The translations under genes and the position numbers were made by a program. Of a DNA stretch of 64,000 nt, positions 1 to 9,032 are shown piece by piece. Numbering within the stretch: position 1 is the stretch's first letter; every line of letters begins with the position of its first letter. A model generated the notes under the pieces. It had not been told where the DNA came from. It did not search any database and worked only from the letters and a program-made list of their open reading frames with translations. Source of the stretch: Acidimicrobiia bacterium (lineage in GTDB: Bacteria > Actinomycetota > Acidimicrobiia > Spongiisociales > ZC4RG35); contig JBBDML010000028.1 of the NCBI GenBank assembly GCA_040878345.1, positions 914-64,913 of the forward strand, in the 5' to 3' direction.

Positions 1-474
1 GAAGGCGACTCGGGTGCCGTTTCGGATGTTGTGGGCCACGATGGCGGTGGGAAGTGCCGGCCAGGAGCCAGCAGCGGCCTCGCCGACGTGAGCCACCACC
101 CATTCGGCCAGCCCACCGGCGTGATAGGGGGCGGGTGAGCCCAAGAACATGGTGAGTCCGGGTCGGCGAACACCGGGGACGATCCCATGGCGGACCCAAT
201 TGCCCATCCCGGATCTGGGGCCCTTGGAGTAGACGTGTGACCTGATTCTCTCGGTCACGTCAGTGCGATCGTCGCCGGGCAGGACCAGGGAGTCGAGCCC
301 CAATGCCCCGCTGCGCACCAGGGATGCGACGAAAGCCCCCGAAGAGGTGCCGACCACGACCTCGGCATCGTTGGCATCCCATCCAGTGGCCAACTCGATG
401 GCCATCAGCGTCGCGATCTCATATGCCGCGCCTGTGATGCCCCCGCCACCGAGGACCAGTCCTACCCTGCTCAC
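1..474 (-). CDS. patatin-like phospholipase (partial; 3' end runs off the left edge)
   Basis: Absent from the ORF track because it has no stop in the window. My reverse-strand translation from GTG at 474 reads VSRVGLVLGGGGITGAAYEIATLMAIELATGWDANDAEVVVGTSSGAFVASLV... This gives the GGGxxG loop and a GTSSG (GxSxG) nucleophile motif of the patatin family. The frame stays open to base 1. Confidence 0.8.
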   Translation of the reverse strand, partial: MSRVGLVLGGGGITGAAYEIATLMAIELATGWDANDAEVVVGTSSGAFVASLVRSGALGLDSLVLPGDDRTDVTERIRSHVYSKGPRSGMGNWVRHGIVPGVRRPGLTMFLGSPAPYHAGGLAEWVVAHVGEAAAGSWPALPTAIVAHNIRNGTRVAF

Positions 475-541
475 ACCGTCACGATAGGTCCACGGGCGGG
501 TCTAGGCCGTGAGCCGACAGTCGGGGATTGGCCGGCGGTCC

Positions 542-733
542 CTAGCCAAACGACCGCCTGCAGCCGCGACAGCGGCTGTCCCGCTCATCGGTGGGCGCGT
601 AGCACCACGGACACGGCAGGTCGTCGCCTCGCTCGTCCCGTGGCGTCACCACGAGACTCGGGTCCACCCGGAATCTCTCATAGCCCCTGATTCCCCTGGC
701 GAGGGCGAAAAGACCTGTGGTGGCGGTGACCAC
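542..733 (-). CDS. small hypothetical protein with C-terminal zinc-ribbon-like CxxC...CxxC
   Basis: 63-aa ORF with about 80 % G/C at third positions by my count. The C-terminus is CPWCYAPTDERDSRCRGCRRSFG. An AAGGAGG box lies upstream at about 761-767 on the minus strand, with in-frame ATT/CTG codons at about 748-753, so the true start may lie a few codons upstream. The hydrophobic stretch LEALVVVTATTGLFALA suggests a membrane anchor. Confidence 0.4.
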   Translation of the reverse strand: MVTATTGLFALARGIRGYERFRVDPSLVVTPRDERGDDLPCPWCYAPTDERDSRCRGCRRSFG

Positions 734-819
734 GACCAGTGCTTCCAGAATCGCCCGTCCTCCTTGCTCAGAGCAAGGAAGAGGCTAAGTAGAAGACGCC
801 CAGGAACTGCGGATTTCGC

Positions 820-1650
820 TCAGCTGCCCATGACGGCCTCGGTGAGGTCGTCGACCAGGTAGCTGAGATCGCCGAGACGGCCCTCCCGCACCTCCGCGGC
901 ATCGAGCATCATCACCGCCGAGTGATAGGCGACCCATGACCGGTACCGGCTCTCGGGAAGTTCGGCCCCGTAACCCGACCGGAAGGCGGCCGCCGCATCC
1001 TCGCCGGACTGCGAGGCGAGCTGCCAGACCGCCAGTGTCAGGTCGAGCTCCGGTGGGCCCAGGGTGGCCCACTCCCAGTCGACCAGTGTCACCTTTCCCT
1101 CATCGTTGACCACGAACTTCGATGGGGTAGGCCGAGTGTGGACCGGCACCGGGCTGGTGGCCAGGGGTGGTTCGATCTCCAGGGCACGATCGAGGACCAC
1201 CTGATCGATCTCGAACCTGCGTCGAAACCGACCAAGGCGGTCGATGGTCGAGCGGTAATGGCTGAGGACGTAGTCACTGTCGATCCCGACCACCAGGTTG
1301 GTGATGGCGGCCTTGGCGGTGTGGACGTTGCGCAGGATGCGCCCGGCGTCCTCGATGGTCTCGGGGTTCTTGGGGAGGGAGGCCAGAGACCATGCCCCGC
1401 CGTCACTCATGCGCAACCAGGCCATGTCCCCTTCGATCCCGTTGCCCAGGATCCGCGGAACACCCTCGACACCAGCCAGCGCCTCAAGGGCGTGACGCTC
1501 CCGCTTCTCACGAGAGGCCACCGGGTAGACCTTGACGATCGAGGTGTCCACTTCGTTCTCGATGATCCTGAACACTTTGTTGGCGCCGGCGGCAAGCTCT
1601 CGGATCCTTGCCTTCGGGTGGAGCCCCGCAACCAGTGCTCGTGAGTCCAT
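820..1650 (-). CDS. aminoglycoside-phosphotransferase (APH)/choline-kinase-fold protein with a degenerate catalytic loop
   Basis: 276 aa. LVDWEWATLGPPELDLT matches the APH-family [IV]DWE..xxGdPxxDL segment. The loop upstream reads VHTRPTPSKFVV instead of HGDxxxxN. Confidence 0.7.
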   Translation of the reverse strand: MDSRALVAGLHPKARIRELAAGANKVFRIIENEVDTSIVKVYPVASREKRERHALEALAGVEGVPRILGNGIEGDMAWLRMSDGGAWSLASLPKNPETIEDAGRILRNVHTAKAAITNLVVGIDSDYVLSHYRSTIDRLGRFRRRFEIDQVVLDRALEIEPPLATSPVPVHTRPTPSKFVVNDEGKVTLVDWEWATLGPPELDLTLAVWQLASQSGEDAAAAFRSGYGAELPESRYRSWVAYHSAVMMLDAAEVREGRLGDLSYLVDDLTEAVMGS

Positions 1651-1737
1651 ATACGGTGGAAACCCCTCTGATCTAAACCGGCGACTGTTCCCCTGTCACC
1701 GAATTACGCTGCCGATCCAGGCTAGCCAGAAATACCA

Positions 1738-3675
1738 GTGCCAGTAGAGCTTCGCTATCCCGATGGGACTGTCGTAAGTCACCCCGATGGAGTCACCGGG
1801 ATCGACGTCGCGCGGTCGATCGGACCCCGCCTCGCCGAGGCTGCGGTGGCAGTCAAAGTGGGCGAGAAGCTGCTCGACCTCTCCCGACCCATAGCCCAGG
1901 GCGGGGACTTCGCGGTGGTCACACTCGCCGATCCGGAGGGCTTGCACGTTCTCCGGCACTCGTCGGCGCACGTGATGGCCCAGGCGGTCCTCGGCGAGTT
2001 CCCCGGGTCCACCTTCGCCATCGGGCCTCCGATCGAGGACGGCTTCTACTATGACTTCCGGGTCGACCATCCGTTCACTCCGGAGGACCTCGAGCGAGTT
2101 GAGCAACGGATGAAATCCATCATCTCCGAGGACCAGCCTTTCGAGCGGGTCGCCTTGACACGCCAACAGGCCCTCGAGTTGTTCGCCGGCCACCAGTTCA
2201 AGGTGGAGATAATCGAAGGTGTCGAGCCCGGCGAGGTGGTCGACGGTGAAGAGGTCACCGCATATCGAAACCTCGGGTTCATCGACCTGTGCCGCGGACC
2301 ACATCTCCCATCGACCGGTCGAATCCCTGCGGTGAAGGTGACACGCAGCTCGGGGGCGTACTGGCGGGGCGACGAGACCCGGGAGCAGCTCCAGAGGATC
2401 TATGGGACGGCCTGGGCCACCCCGGGCGATCTCGACGCCTATCTGCACCGGCTGGAGGAGGCGGAGCGTCGGGACCATCGTCGGCTCGGCCCCGAGCTCG
2501 ACCTGTTCAGCTTCCCGCAGGCCCTGGGTCCCGGGCTGGTGGTCTGGCACCCCAAGGGTGGCCTTCTCCGCAAGGTGATCGAGGACCACAGCCGCTCCCT
2601 ACATGAGCGGTTCGGGTTCGAGTTCGTCCACACACCACATTTGATGAAGGCCGACCTGTGGCGCACCTCGGGCCACCTCGGTTATTACGCCGAGAACATG
2701 TACCCGGTGATGGTTCTCGACAACGACCAGGAGTACCAGGTCAAGCCGATGAACTGCCCGGGTCACGTCCTCGTCTACCAGGCCCGTAGCCGGTCCTACC
2801 GGGACCTGCCCATGCGTCTGTCCGAGTTGGGGACCGTCTACCGCTACGAGAAGTCGGGTGTGGTGCACGGGCTGCTCCGGGCCCGGGGTTTCACACAGGA
2901 CGACTCCCACACCTTCTGCACCGAGGACCAGCTCGGAGCTGAGATACGGCATCATCTCGAGTTCACCCTGGCCTGGCATCGTGACTTCGGCTTCGACGAG
3001 ACGGTGGTGGAAGCCGAGCTGAGCACTCGACCCGATAAGTCGGTGGGCGAGCAGTCGCAATGGGAGATCAGTGAGAAACGCCTGGCGGAGGCGCTGGGCG
3101 ACCTCGGCGTCACCTATCGCCTGGCTCCCGGTGAGGGCGCCTTCTACGGGCCCAAGATCGACATTCACATCAAGGACGCCATCGGGCGGCGTTGGCAGAT
3201 GGGAACGGTTCAGCTCGATTTCAACCTCCCCGACCTGTTCGATCTGGAGTACGCAGCACCGGGCAATGTGATGGGGCGGCCCTACATGATCCACTGCGCC
3301 AAGGCGGGGTCGCTGGAGCGTTTCATCGGAGTCCTGATCGAGCATTACGCCGGGGCATTCCCGATGTGGCTGGCACCGGTCCAGGTGACGGTGATCCCGG
3401 TCGCCGACCGTCATCACGAATACGCGCTTGCCGTCGAGGAGGGTCTCGCCGGGGCGGGCCTCCGGGCCGAGACGGACACTTCGCTGGAGACCGTCGGCGA
3501 CAAGATCCGGCGGGCCCTCACCCAGAAACACCCGGCGGTGCTGGTGGTCGGTGACGCCGACATCGAGAGCAAGACAGTCGGTCTCAGGCTCTACGGCGAG
3601 GAGCGTGATACACGTGCCGTGCCCTTGTCCGAGGCCACGGCCCGTCTGGTGGCGATGGCACGGCCGCCTTCATGA
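1738..3675 (+). CDS. thrS: threonyl-tRNA synthetase
   Basis: 645 aa, GTG start. It has a TGS-like N-terminus (VELRYPDGTVV), a class II core with MNCPGH and FTQDDSH motifs, and typical ThrRS length. Confidence 0.96.
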   Translation: MPVELRYPDGTVVSHPDGVTGIDVARSIGPRLAEAAVAVKVGEKLLDLSRPIAQGGDFAVVTLADPEGLHVLRHSSAHVMAQAVLGEFPGSTFAIGPPIEDGFYYDFRVDHPFTPEDLERVEQRMKSIISEDQPFERVALTRQQALELFAGHQFKVEIIEGVEPGEVVDGEEVTAYRNLGFIDLCRGPHLPSTGRIPAVKVTRSSGAYWRGDETREQLQRIYGTAWATPGDLDAYLHRLEEAERRDHRRLGPELDLFSFPQALGPGLVVWHPKGGLLRKVIEDHSRSLHERFGFEFVHTPHLMKADLWRTSGHLGYYAENMYPVMVLDNDQEYQVKPMNCPGHVLVYQARSRSYRDLPMRLSELGTVYRYEKSGVVHGLLRARGFTQDDSHTFCTEDQLGAEIRHHLEFTLAWHRDFGFDETVVEAELSTRPDKSVGEQSQWEISEKRLAEALGDLGVTYRLAPGEGAFYGPKIDIHIKDAIGRRWQMGTVQLDFNLPDLFDLEYAAPGNVMGRPYMIHCAKAGSLERFIGVLIEHYAGAFPMWLAPVQVTVIPVADRHHEYALAVEEGLAGAGLRAETDTSLETVGDKIRRALTQKHPAVLVVGDADIESKTVGLRLYGEERDTRAVPLSEATARLVAMARPPS

Positions 3676-4160
3676 CCGAGGAGGGCCCGAGAGTCGACCG
3701 CGAGGGCATCTACATCGACCGTGGGCTCGCCGAGGAGATCTCCATCGAGGAGGGGCTCGACTCGACGGTTGTCGGGCCCTATCGATTCCCGGATCCGGGG
3801 CGGCGCCGGGCTTCCGGCTGGATCCTGCTCGGGTTCGCCATCCTCGCCCTGGCCACAATCCCCAACGGTTGGTGGGTGGCAATCGGATTTGGCATCCTCG
3901 CCGGGTGGCAATTTCTATCGGCCTGGCCCCTGGCTGTCGACGAGCACCAGGCCCTCCGGGCGGCCGCCGCCGCCGTCGACTTCCCCATCGGTCATGCCTC
4001 CGCAACCGTGCGCTTCAAGGGGTGGAGATCACATCCGCGCTGGTCGGTGGTCCTCTACTCGGCGGTCGAGCCGCCAGACGCCAGGGCCCTGGTGGTGGTC
4101 GACGCCGTCACAGGCGAGGTGGTCGAGACGCCCTACGTCGAACCGGTCGACCCGATCTAG
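3672..4160 (+). CDS. hypothetical two-TM membrane protein
   Basis: 162 aa with an ATGA overlap onto the thrS stop. Two hydrophobic helices (GWILLGFAILALATI, WWVAIGFGILAGWQFL) precede a soluble C-terminal domain ending VVVDAVTGEVVE. I recognise no family. Confidence 0.55.
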   Translation: MTEEGPRVDREGIYIDRGLAEEISIEEGLDSTVVGPYRFPDPGRRRASGWILLGFAILALATIPNGWWVAIGFGILAGWQFLSAWPLAVDEHQALRAAAAAVDFPIGHASATVRFKGWRSHPRWSVVLYSAVEPPDARALVVVDAVTGEVVETPYVEPVDPI

Positions 4161-5440
4161 CGATTAGCCATCGGGACGTAGTCCCGGGGAGCAGACCCGA
4201 CATAGAGCTGGCGGGGCCGGAAGATCTTGGTCTCCGGGTCGGCCAGGAGCTCCCGGAATTGGGAGATCCACCCGGGGAGGCGTCCGAGGGCGAAGAGGAC
4301 GGTGAACATGTCGGTGGGGAAGCCCATGGCTCGGTAGATGATCCCCGAATAGAAATCGACGTTGGGGTACAGCTTGCGCTCGATGAAGTAATCGTCCGAC
4401 AGGGCAACCTCCTCGAGTTGCATCGCCAGGTGGAGGAGGGGGTCATCGACTCCCAGTGCGGAGAGCACGTCCTCGGCCGCCTTCTTGAGGATCTGGGCCC
4501 TCGGGTCGAAATTCTTGTAGACCCGATGCCCGAAACCCATGAGACGGAACGGATCATCCCTGTCTTTCGCCCTCTTGATCACGGTGTCCAGGTCCATACC
4601 TTCAGCCATGATCGACTCCAGCATCTCCAGGACCAGCTGGTTGGCCCCACCATGGAGGGGACCCGAGAGGGCGTGTATCCCGGCGGCGATCGAGCTGAAG
4701 ATGTTGGCATGGCCTGAACCCACAAGCCTCACCGCCGAGGAAGAGCAGTTCTGACCGTGGTCGGCGTGGAGCACGAGGAGCAGGTTCAGGGCGCTGGTCA
4801 CCACCGGATCGGCGAAGTAGTCCTCGGCCGGGACCGAGAACATCATCTTGAGGAAGTTCGACGGGTAGTCCAGGGAGTTGTCGGGATAGACGTAGGGCTG
4901 ATGGACCCGGTACTTGTACGACCATGCGATCATCGTCGGTGTTTTGGCGATGAGCCTCCTGGAGCCGATCTCCACCGCTTCCTTGTCGAGGGGGTTGATG
5001 GCGTCGGGGTAGTACGTGGCCAGGGCTGAAGTCGCCGACGCCAGGATCTGCATCGGGTGGGCTGAGTGGGGGAAGGCCTCGAAGAGGTGCTTGACATCCT
5101 CCCTCAGCAAGGTGTGGCGGGTGACTGCCTCTTCGTACTCCTCGAGCTGTGCCTTCGTCGGGAGCTCGCCATACTGGAGCAGATAGGCGACCTCGAGGAA
5201 GGAGGCACTCGCTGCCAATTGTTCGATGGGGTAGCCGCGGTAGCTGAGCACCCCTTTCTCTCCGTCGATGAAGCTCACCGATGATCGGCCTTCGGCGGTG
5301 TTGGCGAAACCGCGGTCGACGGTGACCAACCCCAGGGTGCCACGCAGCTCGGAGATGTCCACGGCCGCATCGCCTTCGGTACCTACCACGGTGGGGAGGG
5401 TCATCTCCTCGTCCCCGTACCGGACCACAGCGTCTGGCAT
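4157..5440 (-). CDS. gltA: citrate synthase
   Basis: 427 aa with GFGHRVYKNFDPRA and the other citrate synthase signatures. A GAGGAG box lies upstream of the ATG. Confidence 0.95.
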   Translation of the reverse strand: MPDAVVRYGDEEMTLPTVVGTEGDAAVDISELRGTLGLVTVDRGFANTAEGRSSVSFIDGEKGVLSYRGYPIEQLAASASFLEVAYLLQYGELPTKAQLEEYEEAVTRHTLLREDVKHLFEAFPHSAHPMQILASATSALATYYPDAINPLDKEAVEIGSRRLIAKTPTMIAWSYKYRVHQPYVYPDNSLDYPSNFLKMMFSVPAEDYFADPVVTSALNLLLVLHADHGQNCSSSAVRLVGSGHANIFSSIAAGIHALSGPLHGGANQLVLEMLESIMAEGMDLDTVIKRAKDRDDPFRLMGFGHRVYKNFDPRAQILKKAAEDVLSALGVDDPLLHLAMQLEEVALSDDYFIERKLYPNVDFYSGIIYRAMGFPTDMFTVLFALGRLPGWISQFRELLADPETKIFRPRQLYVGSAPRDYVPMANR

Positions 5441-5456
5441 GAGAGATCCCTTCTCC

Positions 5457-7508
5457 TCAACTCTCCTGGGACCGTGAGGCCTCGATGACGTGCTGGGCTT
5501 CGTTGTGGGGCACTTCGGCGTAGTGATCGAACTCGACCTCGAAGGTGCCCCGGCCCGAGGTCAATGATCGCAGCTCGGCCGGGTACTGGCGCATCTCGGC
5601 CATGGGCACTTCGGCGCTGACCACACGCAGGGTCCCATCTCCGTCCATACCCAACACCCGGCCTCGACGGGAGTTGATGTCACCCATGACGTCGCCGAGG
5701 TGGTCCTCCGGAACCGTGACCTGAACCTTCATGATCGGTTCCAGCAGCACTGGTCCCAGCTTCTCCGAGGCGGAGCGGAAGGCATGGATGCCGGCCATCC
5801 GGAATGACATCTCGTCTGAGTCCACCGTGTGGTACTTGCCGTCGAACAACTCGGCTGCAAGGTCGATCACCGGGTAACCGGCAAGCACACCGCGGCCGAT
5901 GGCCTCACGAACCCCCTTGTCGACCGCCGGGATGAAACCCCTGGGTACGGCGCCGCCCTTGATCGAGTCGACGAACTGGTAGCCCGAGCCCCGGGGCAAT
6001 GGGGAGAACCTGACCGATGCCACCCCATATTGGCCCCGACCTCCGGTCTGCTTCTTGTGCTTTCCCTCGGCCTCGGCGGTGGTGGTGATGGTCTCCCGAT
6101 AGGGGACCTTGGGCAGCTCGGCATCGATCTCGACCCCGAACATCCGGTGGATCCGCTCGAGGGTCACATCGAGATGACTGTCGCCGAGGCCGGCGAGGAT
6201 GGTTTCGGCGGTCTCGGCGCGGCGCTCGATGCGAATCGTCGGGTCCTCCTCGGCGATCCGTTGGAGGGCGGTCGACAGCTTCTCCTCATCCTGATGCGAC
6301 CTGGGAGAGATGGCGATCTCTGCCACCGGCCGGGGATAGGCGACCGGCTTGATGGTTGTGCCGATCCCGGGTGTGCGGAGGGTGTCGCCCGACCGGATGT
6401 TCTCGATCTTGGCAACGGCGCCGATCCCACCGACCGGTAGGTCCTCGACGTCGCGGTGCTCCTTGCCCTGGAGCTTGAACAGGCTGTGGAGACGCACCTT
6501 TCCCCCCCGTGCCACCTCGAGGTCCATGTCGGCCCGGGCGGTGCCGGTGAAGATGCGGAACAGGGAGACGCGACCGACGAAGGGATCGGAGACGGTCTTG
6601 AACACGTACGCCACCAGAGGGCCGTCGGCCCTTGGGGTCAGGGTGTCTCCGGCGGCGAGAGGGGGGAGCTTTCGTTCCAGCGGGTTGGGGCCGTAGTCCA
6701 CGATGAACTCGAGGAGGGTGTCGATCCCGATCAGCTTCTCCGCCGAGGTGACCAGGACTGGATGGATGTCACCGGCGACGATCCCGTTGTGAATGGTCGA
6801 GACGAATTGCTCACGAGTTGGCTCGGTGCCTTCGAAGTAGGCCTCCATCATGGCGTCGTCGGTCTCGACGACGGTCTCGATCAGACCGGTGTGGGCGGTG
6901 TGCACCAAATCCTCGACCTCTGCGGGAAGGCTGACCTGGCTCCCGGTCTTCGAGCCGGGGGCGTACTCGTAGGCGCGCTCGGTGGCCACCCGGACCAGTC
7001 CCCTGAGATCCGCCTCGATGCCGATTGGGACCTGGATCGGGGCGATTTGCTTGCCGAAAGCCGATCGCAGATCGTCGAGGGTGCGCTCGTAGGAGGCGCG
7101 TTCCCGGTCGAGCTTTGTGACGACCACCGCACGAGGGATTCCCTCCTCGCCGGCGGCTCTCCACAACTGCTCGGTCTGTACCTCGACACCGTCCACGGCG
7201 GAGACACAGAAGATGGCGAGGTCGACCGCCCTCAGAGCGGACCGAGCGTCGCCGACGAAGTCGGATGACCCGGGGGTGTCGATGATGTTGACCCGGAATC
7301 CATTCCACTCCACGGTGGCCGCGGCGAGGCTTAGAGAGATGCGGCGGCTTATCTCCTCGGGCTCGTGGTCGAAGGTCGTCGTCCCTCCCTCGACCGACCC
7401 GACCCGGTTGGTGGCACCGCCTACGAAGAGCATCGCCTCGGCGAGGGTGGTCTTGCCACTGCCTCCGTGGCCGACCAGGGCGACGTTACGGACTTTCTCG
7501 GGGACCAC
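5457..7508 (-). CDS. elongation factor G-like GTPase (EF-G paralogue)
   Basis: G domain motifs GHGGSGKTT, DTPG and TKLD are followed by EF-G domains II-V. I trimmed the track ORF (to 7811) to the GTG at 7508, which is preceded by AAGGAGG. The upstream 100 codons are Arg/Pro-rich and overlap pgsA on the other strand. Confidence 0.88.
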   Translation of the reverse strand: MVPEKVRNVALVGHGGSGKTTLAEAMLFVGGATNRVGSVEGGTTTFDHEPEEISRRISLSLAAATVEWNGFRVNIIDTPGSSDFVGDARSALRAVDLAIFCVSAVDGVEVQTEQLWRAAGEEGIPRAVVVTKLDRERASYERTLDDLRSAFGKQIAPIQVPIGIEADLRGLVRVATERAYEYAPGSKTGSQVSLPAEVEDLVHTAHTGLIETVVETDDAMMEAYFEGTEPTREQFVSTIHNGIVAGDIHPVLVTSAEKLIGIDTLLEFIVDYGPNPLERKLPPLAAGDTLTPRADGPLVAYVFKTVSDPFVGRVSLFRIFTGTARADMDLEVARGGKVRLHSLFKLQGKEHRDVEDLPVGGIGAVAKIENIRSGDTLRTPGIGTTIKPVAYPRPVAEIAISPRSHQDEEKLSTALQRIAEEDPTIRIERRAETAETILAGLGDSHLDVTLERIHRMFGVEIDAELPKVPYRETITTTAEAEGKHKKQTGGRGQYGVASVRFSPLPRGSGYQFVDSIKGGAVPRGFIPAVDKGVREAIGRGVLAGYPVIDLAAELFDGKYHTVDSDEMSFRMAGIHAFRSASEKLGPVLLEPIMKVQVTVPEDHLGDVMGDINSRRGRVLGMDGDGTLRVVSAEVPMAEMRQYPAELRSLTSGRGTFEVEFDHYAEVPHNEAQHVIEASRSQES

Positions 7509-7597
7509 CCGACCTCCTTGTTGAAAACGCGGGCCGATCCTAACCCTTGATGTCCCACTGGTTCCGAGGGGGGTGCTACTTTCAAGCCGTGATCGAC

Positions 7598-8158
7598 ATG
7601 CGGGTCCGACCGCGGGTGACCCGACTCCTCGAACCGCTCGGGAAGGGGCTGGCCCGGGTCGGGATGACCGCCACGGCGATGACCGTCCTCGGCCTGACGG
7701 TGGTGATCGCTGGGGCCGTTGTCTTGGCCGCCGGCCGCTTGGCGCTCGGGGGGGCGATCGTCTTCTTCGGGTCTCTCTTGGATGGTCTCGACGGGGCGGT
7801 GGCGCGGGCAACCGACAGTGTCAGCACCCGTGGGGCCTTCCTCGATGCCGCCTTCGACCGTCTCGGCGAGATCGCCTCTTTCGGCGGCCTCGCCTTCGCC
7901 AGCGCCGGTGACCCCCGGGTCCTCCTCCTCATCGTGTTGGCCCTCGGTGGGGCGATGCTGGTCCCCTATATGCGGGCCCGCGCCGAGGCATCCGGTGTCG
8001 ATGGCCGGGGCGGGCTGATGGGACGAGCCGAGCGGATACTCCTCTTCAGCGTGGGCCTCATGATCGGCCAGGTCGAGCCAATGCTCTGGGGGTTCGTGGC
8101 CCTGGTGTGGCTCACCGCGTTCATCCGCTTTTGGAACACCTACCGCTCCATCCAGTGA
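7598..8158 (+). CDS. pgsA: CDP-alcohol phosphatidyltransferase (phosphatidylinositol-phosphate synthase type)
   Basis: The DGLDGAVARxxxxxxxxGAFLDAAFDR motif, D(x)2DG(x)2AR(x)8G(x)3D(x)3D, and multiple TM helices. The context with the acyltransferase and GT4 genes matches the actinobacterial PIM cluster. The start (ATG 7598 versus GTG 7589) is uncertain. Confidence 0.88.
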   Translation: MRVRPRVTRLLEPLGKGLARVGMTATAMTVLGLTVVIAGAVVLAAGRLALGGAIVFFGSLLDGLDGAVARATDSVSTRGAFLDAAFDRLGEIASFGGLAFASAGDPRVLLLIVLALGGAMLVPYMRARAEASGVDGRGGLMGRAERILLFSVGLMIGQVEPMLWGFVALVWLTAFIRFWNTYRSIQ

Positions 8159-9030
8159 CCGGGCTCCTCGCCTATCTCGGGCTCCGTCTGGGAGTCGGGC
8201 TGGTTGGCCTCCTCCCCGGCAGCTTGGCCCGCCGTCTCGGCGGGCTCGGCGGACGACTATGGCACCGGTTCGACCCTAGAAGGAGGTCGATGGCGCGCCG
8301 CCACATGACCAGGGTTCTCGGAGATCCGGTTGAAGCCGCCGACGCCGCCCGATCGGTGATGGAGTCCTACGGGCGCTACTGGGCGGAGGCGTTGTGGATC
8401 CGCCAGAACCGGGTGACCGACCTGATCGCCCACACCAGAGTCGAGGGTCTCGAGCACATCACCAATGCCCGTGATCACGGCAAAGGGATGATCTACGGGC
8501 TGCCCCACATGGGCAATTGGGAAGCGGCGGCCCCGGTGGCAGGAGACCAGGGGGTGCCCGTGGTGGCTGTTGCCGAGAATCTGCCCAACCGCCGGATCAC
8601 CGGTTGGTTCACCTCGATGCGGGCCAAGTTCGGCATCGAGATCGTGCTCGCCACCGGGAGCATGGAAGTGATGCGGCGGCTGGAATCGGCCCTTGGCCAG
8701 AACAAGGCGGTGGCGCTGCTCTCTGATCGCGACTTGAGGGGCCGGGGTGTCGCAGTCGAGTTCTTCGGTGAGAGGACGACTCTCCCCGCTGGGGCGGCCA
8801 CGCTGGCCCTCAAGACCGGTGCGCCCCTGCTCCCGGTGGCGCCCTACTTCGAGGACGGGGGGCACCGGGTGGTGATCCGACCCCCGATCCCGGTCCCCAA
8901 CGTGGGGTCGCGATCGGAGCAGGTCCGGGCGATGACCCAGGCACTCGCAATCGAGATGGAGGACCTGATCCGGGCCAACCCGCGGCAGTGGCACCTGGTA
9001 CAGCCCAACTGGCCCTCGGACCTGGTCTGA
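8155..9030 (+). CDS. lysophospholipid/lipid A-type acyltransferase (PIM acyltransferase-like)
   Basis: It has a LPHMGNWE motif of the HtrB/LpxL-type family. The GTGA overlap with the pgsA stop suggests a start at 8155 rather than 8107. It holds the position of the PIM acyltransferase in mycobacterial synteny. Confidence 0.8.
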   Translation: MTGLLAYLGLRLGVGLVGLLPGSLARRLGGLGGRLWHRFDPRRRSMARRHMTRVLGDPVEAADAARSVMESYGRYWAEALWIRQNRVTDLIAHTRVEGLEHITNARDHGKGMIYGLPHMGNWEAAAPVAGDQGVPVVAVAENLPNRRITGWFTSMRAKFGIEIVLATGSMEVMRRLESALGQNKAVALLSDRDLRGRGVAVEFFGERTTLPAGAATLALKTGAPLLPVAPYFEDGGHRVVIRPPIPVPNVGSRSEQVRAMTQALAIEMEDLIRANPRQWHLVQPNWPSDLV

Positions 9031-9032
9031 GG

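Noticed and set aside
1651-1737. T-box or other long leaders upstream of the aminoacyl-tRNA synthetase genes (thrS, hisS, aspS, alaS, pheS, tyrS).
   Set aside because: All upstream gaps are too short for a T-box of about 200 nt: 87 nt or less for thrS, hisS, aspS, pheS and tyrS. The 246-nt aspS-alaS gap is mostly occupied by a coding-like ORF. No specifier/T-box (AGGGUGGNACCGCG-like) sequence was seen.
7509-7811. 100-codon N-terminal extension of the EF-G-like ORF (track ORF 5457..7811).
   Set aside because: The extension is Arg/Pro/Ser-rich low-complexity sequence and overlaps pgsA on the opposite strand. A GTG with an AAGGAGG box sits exactly where the conserved G domain begins (7508).
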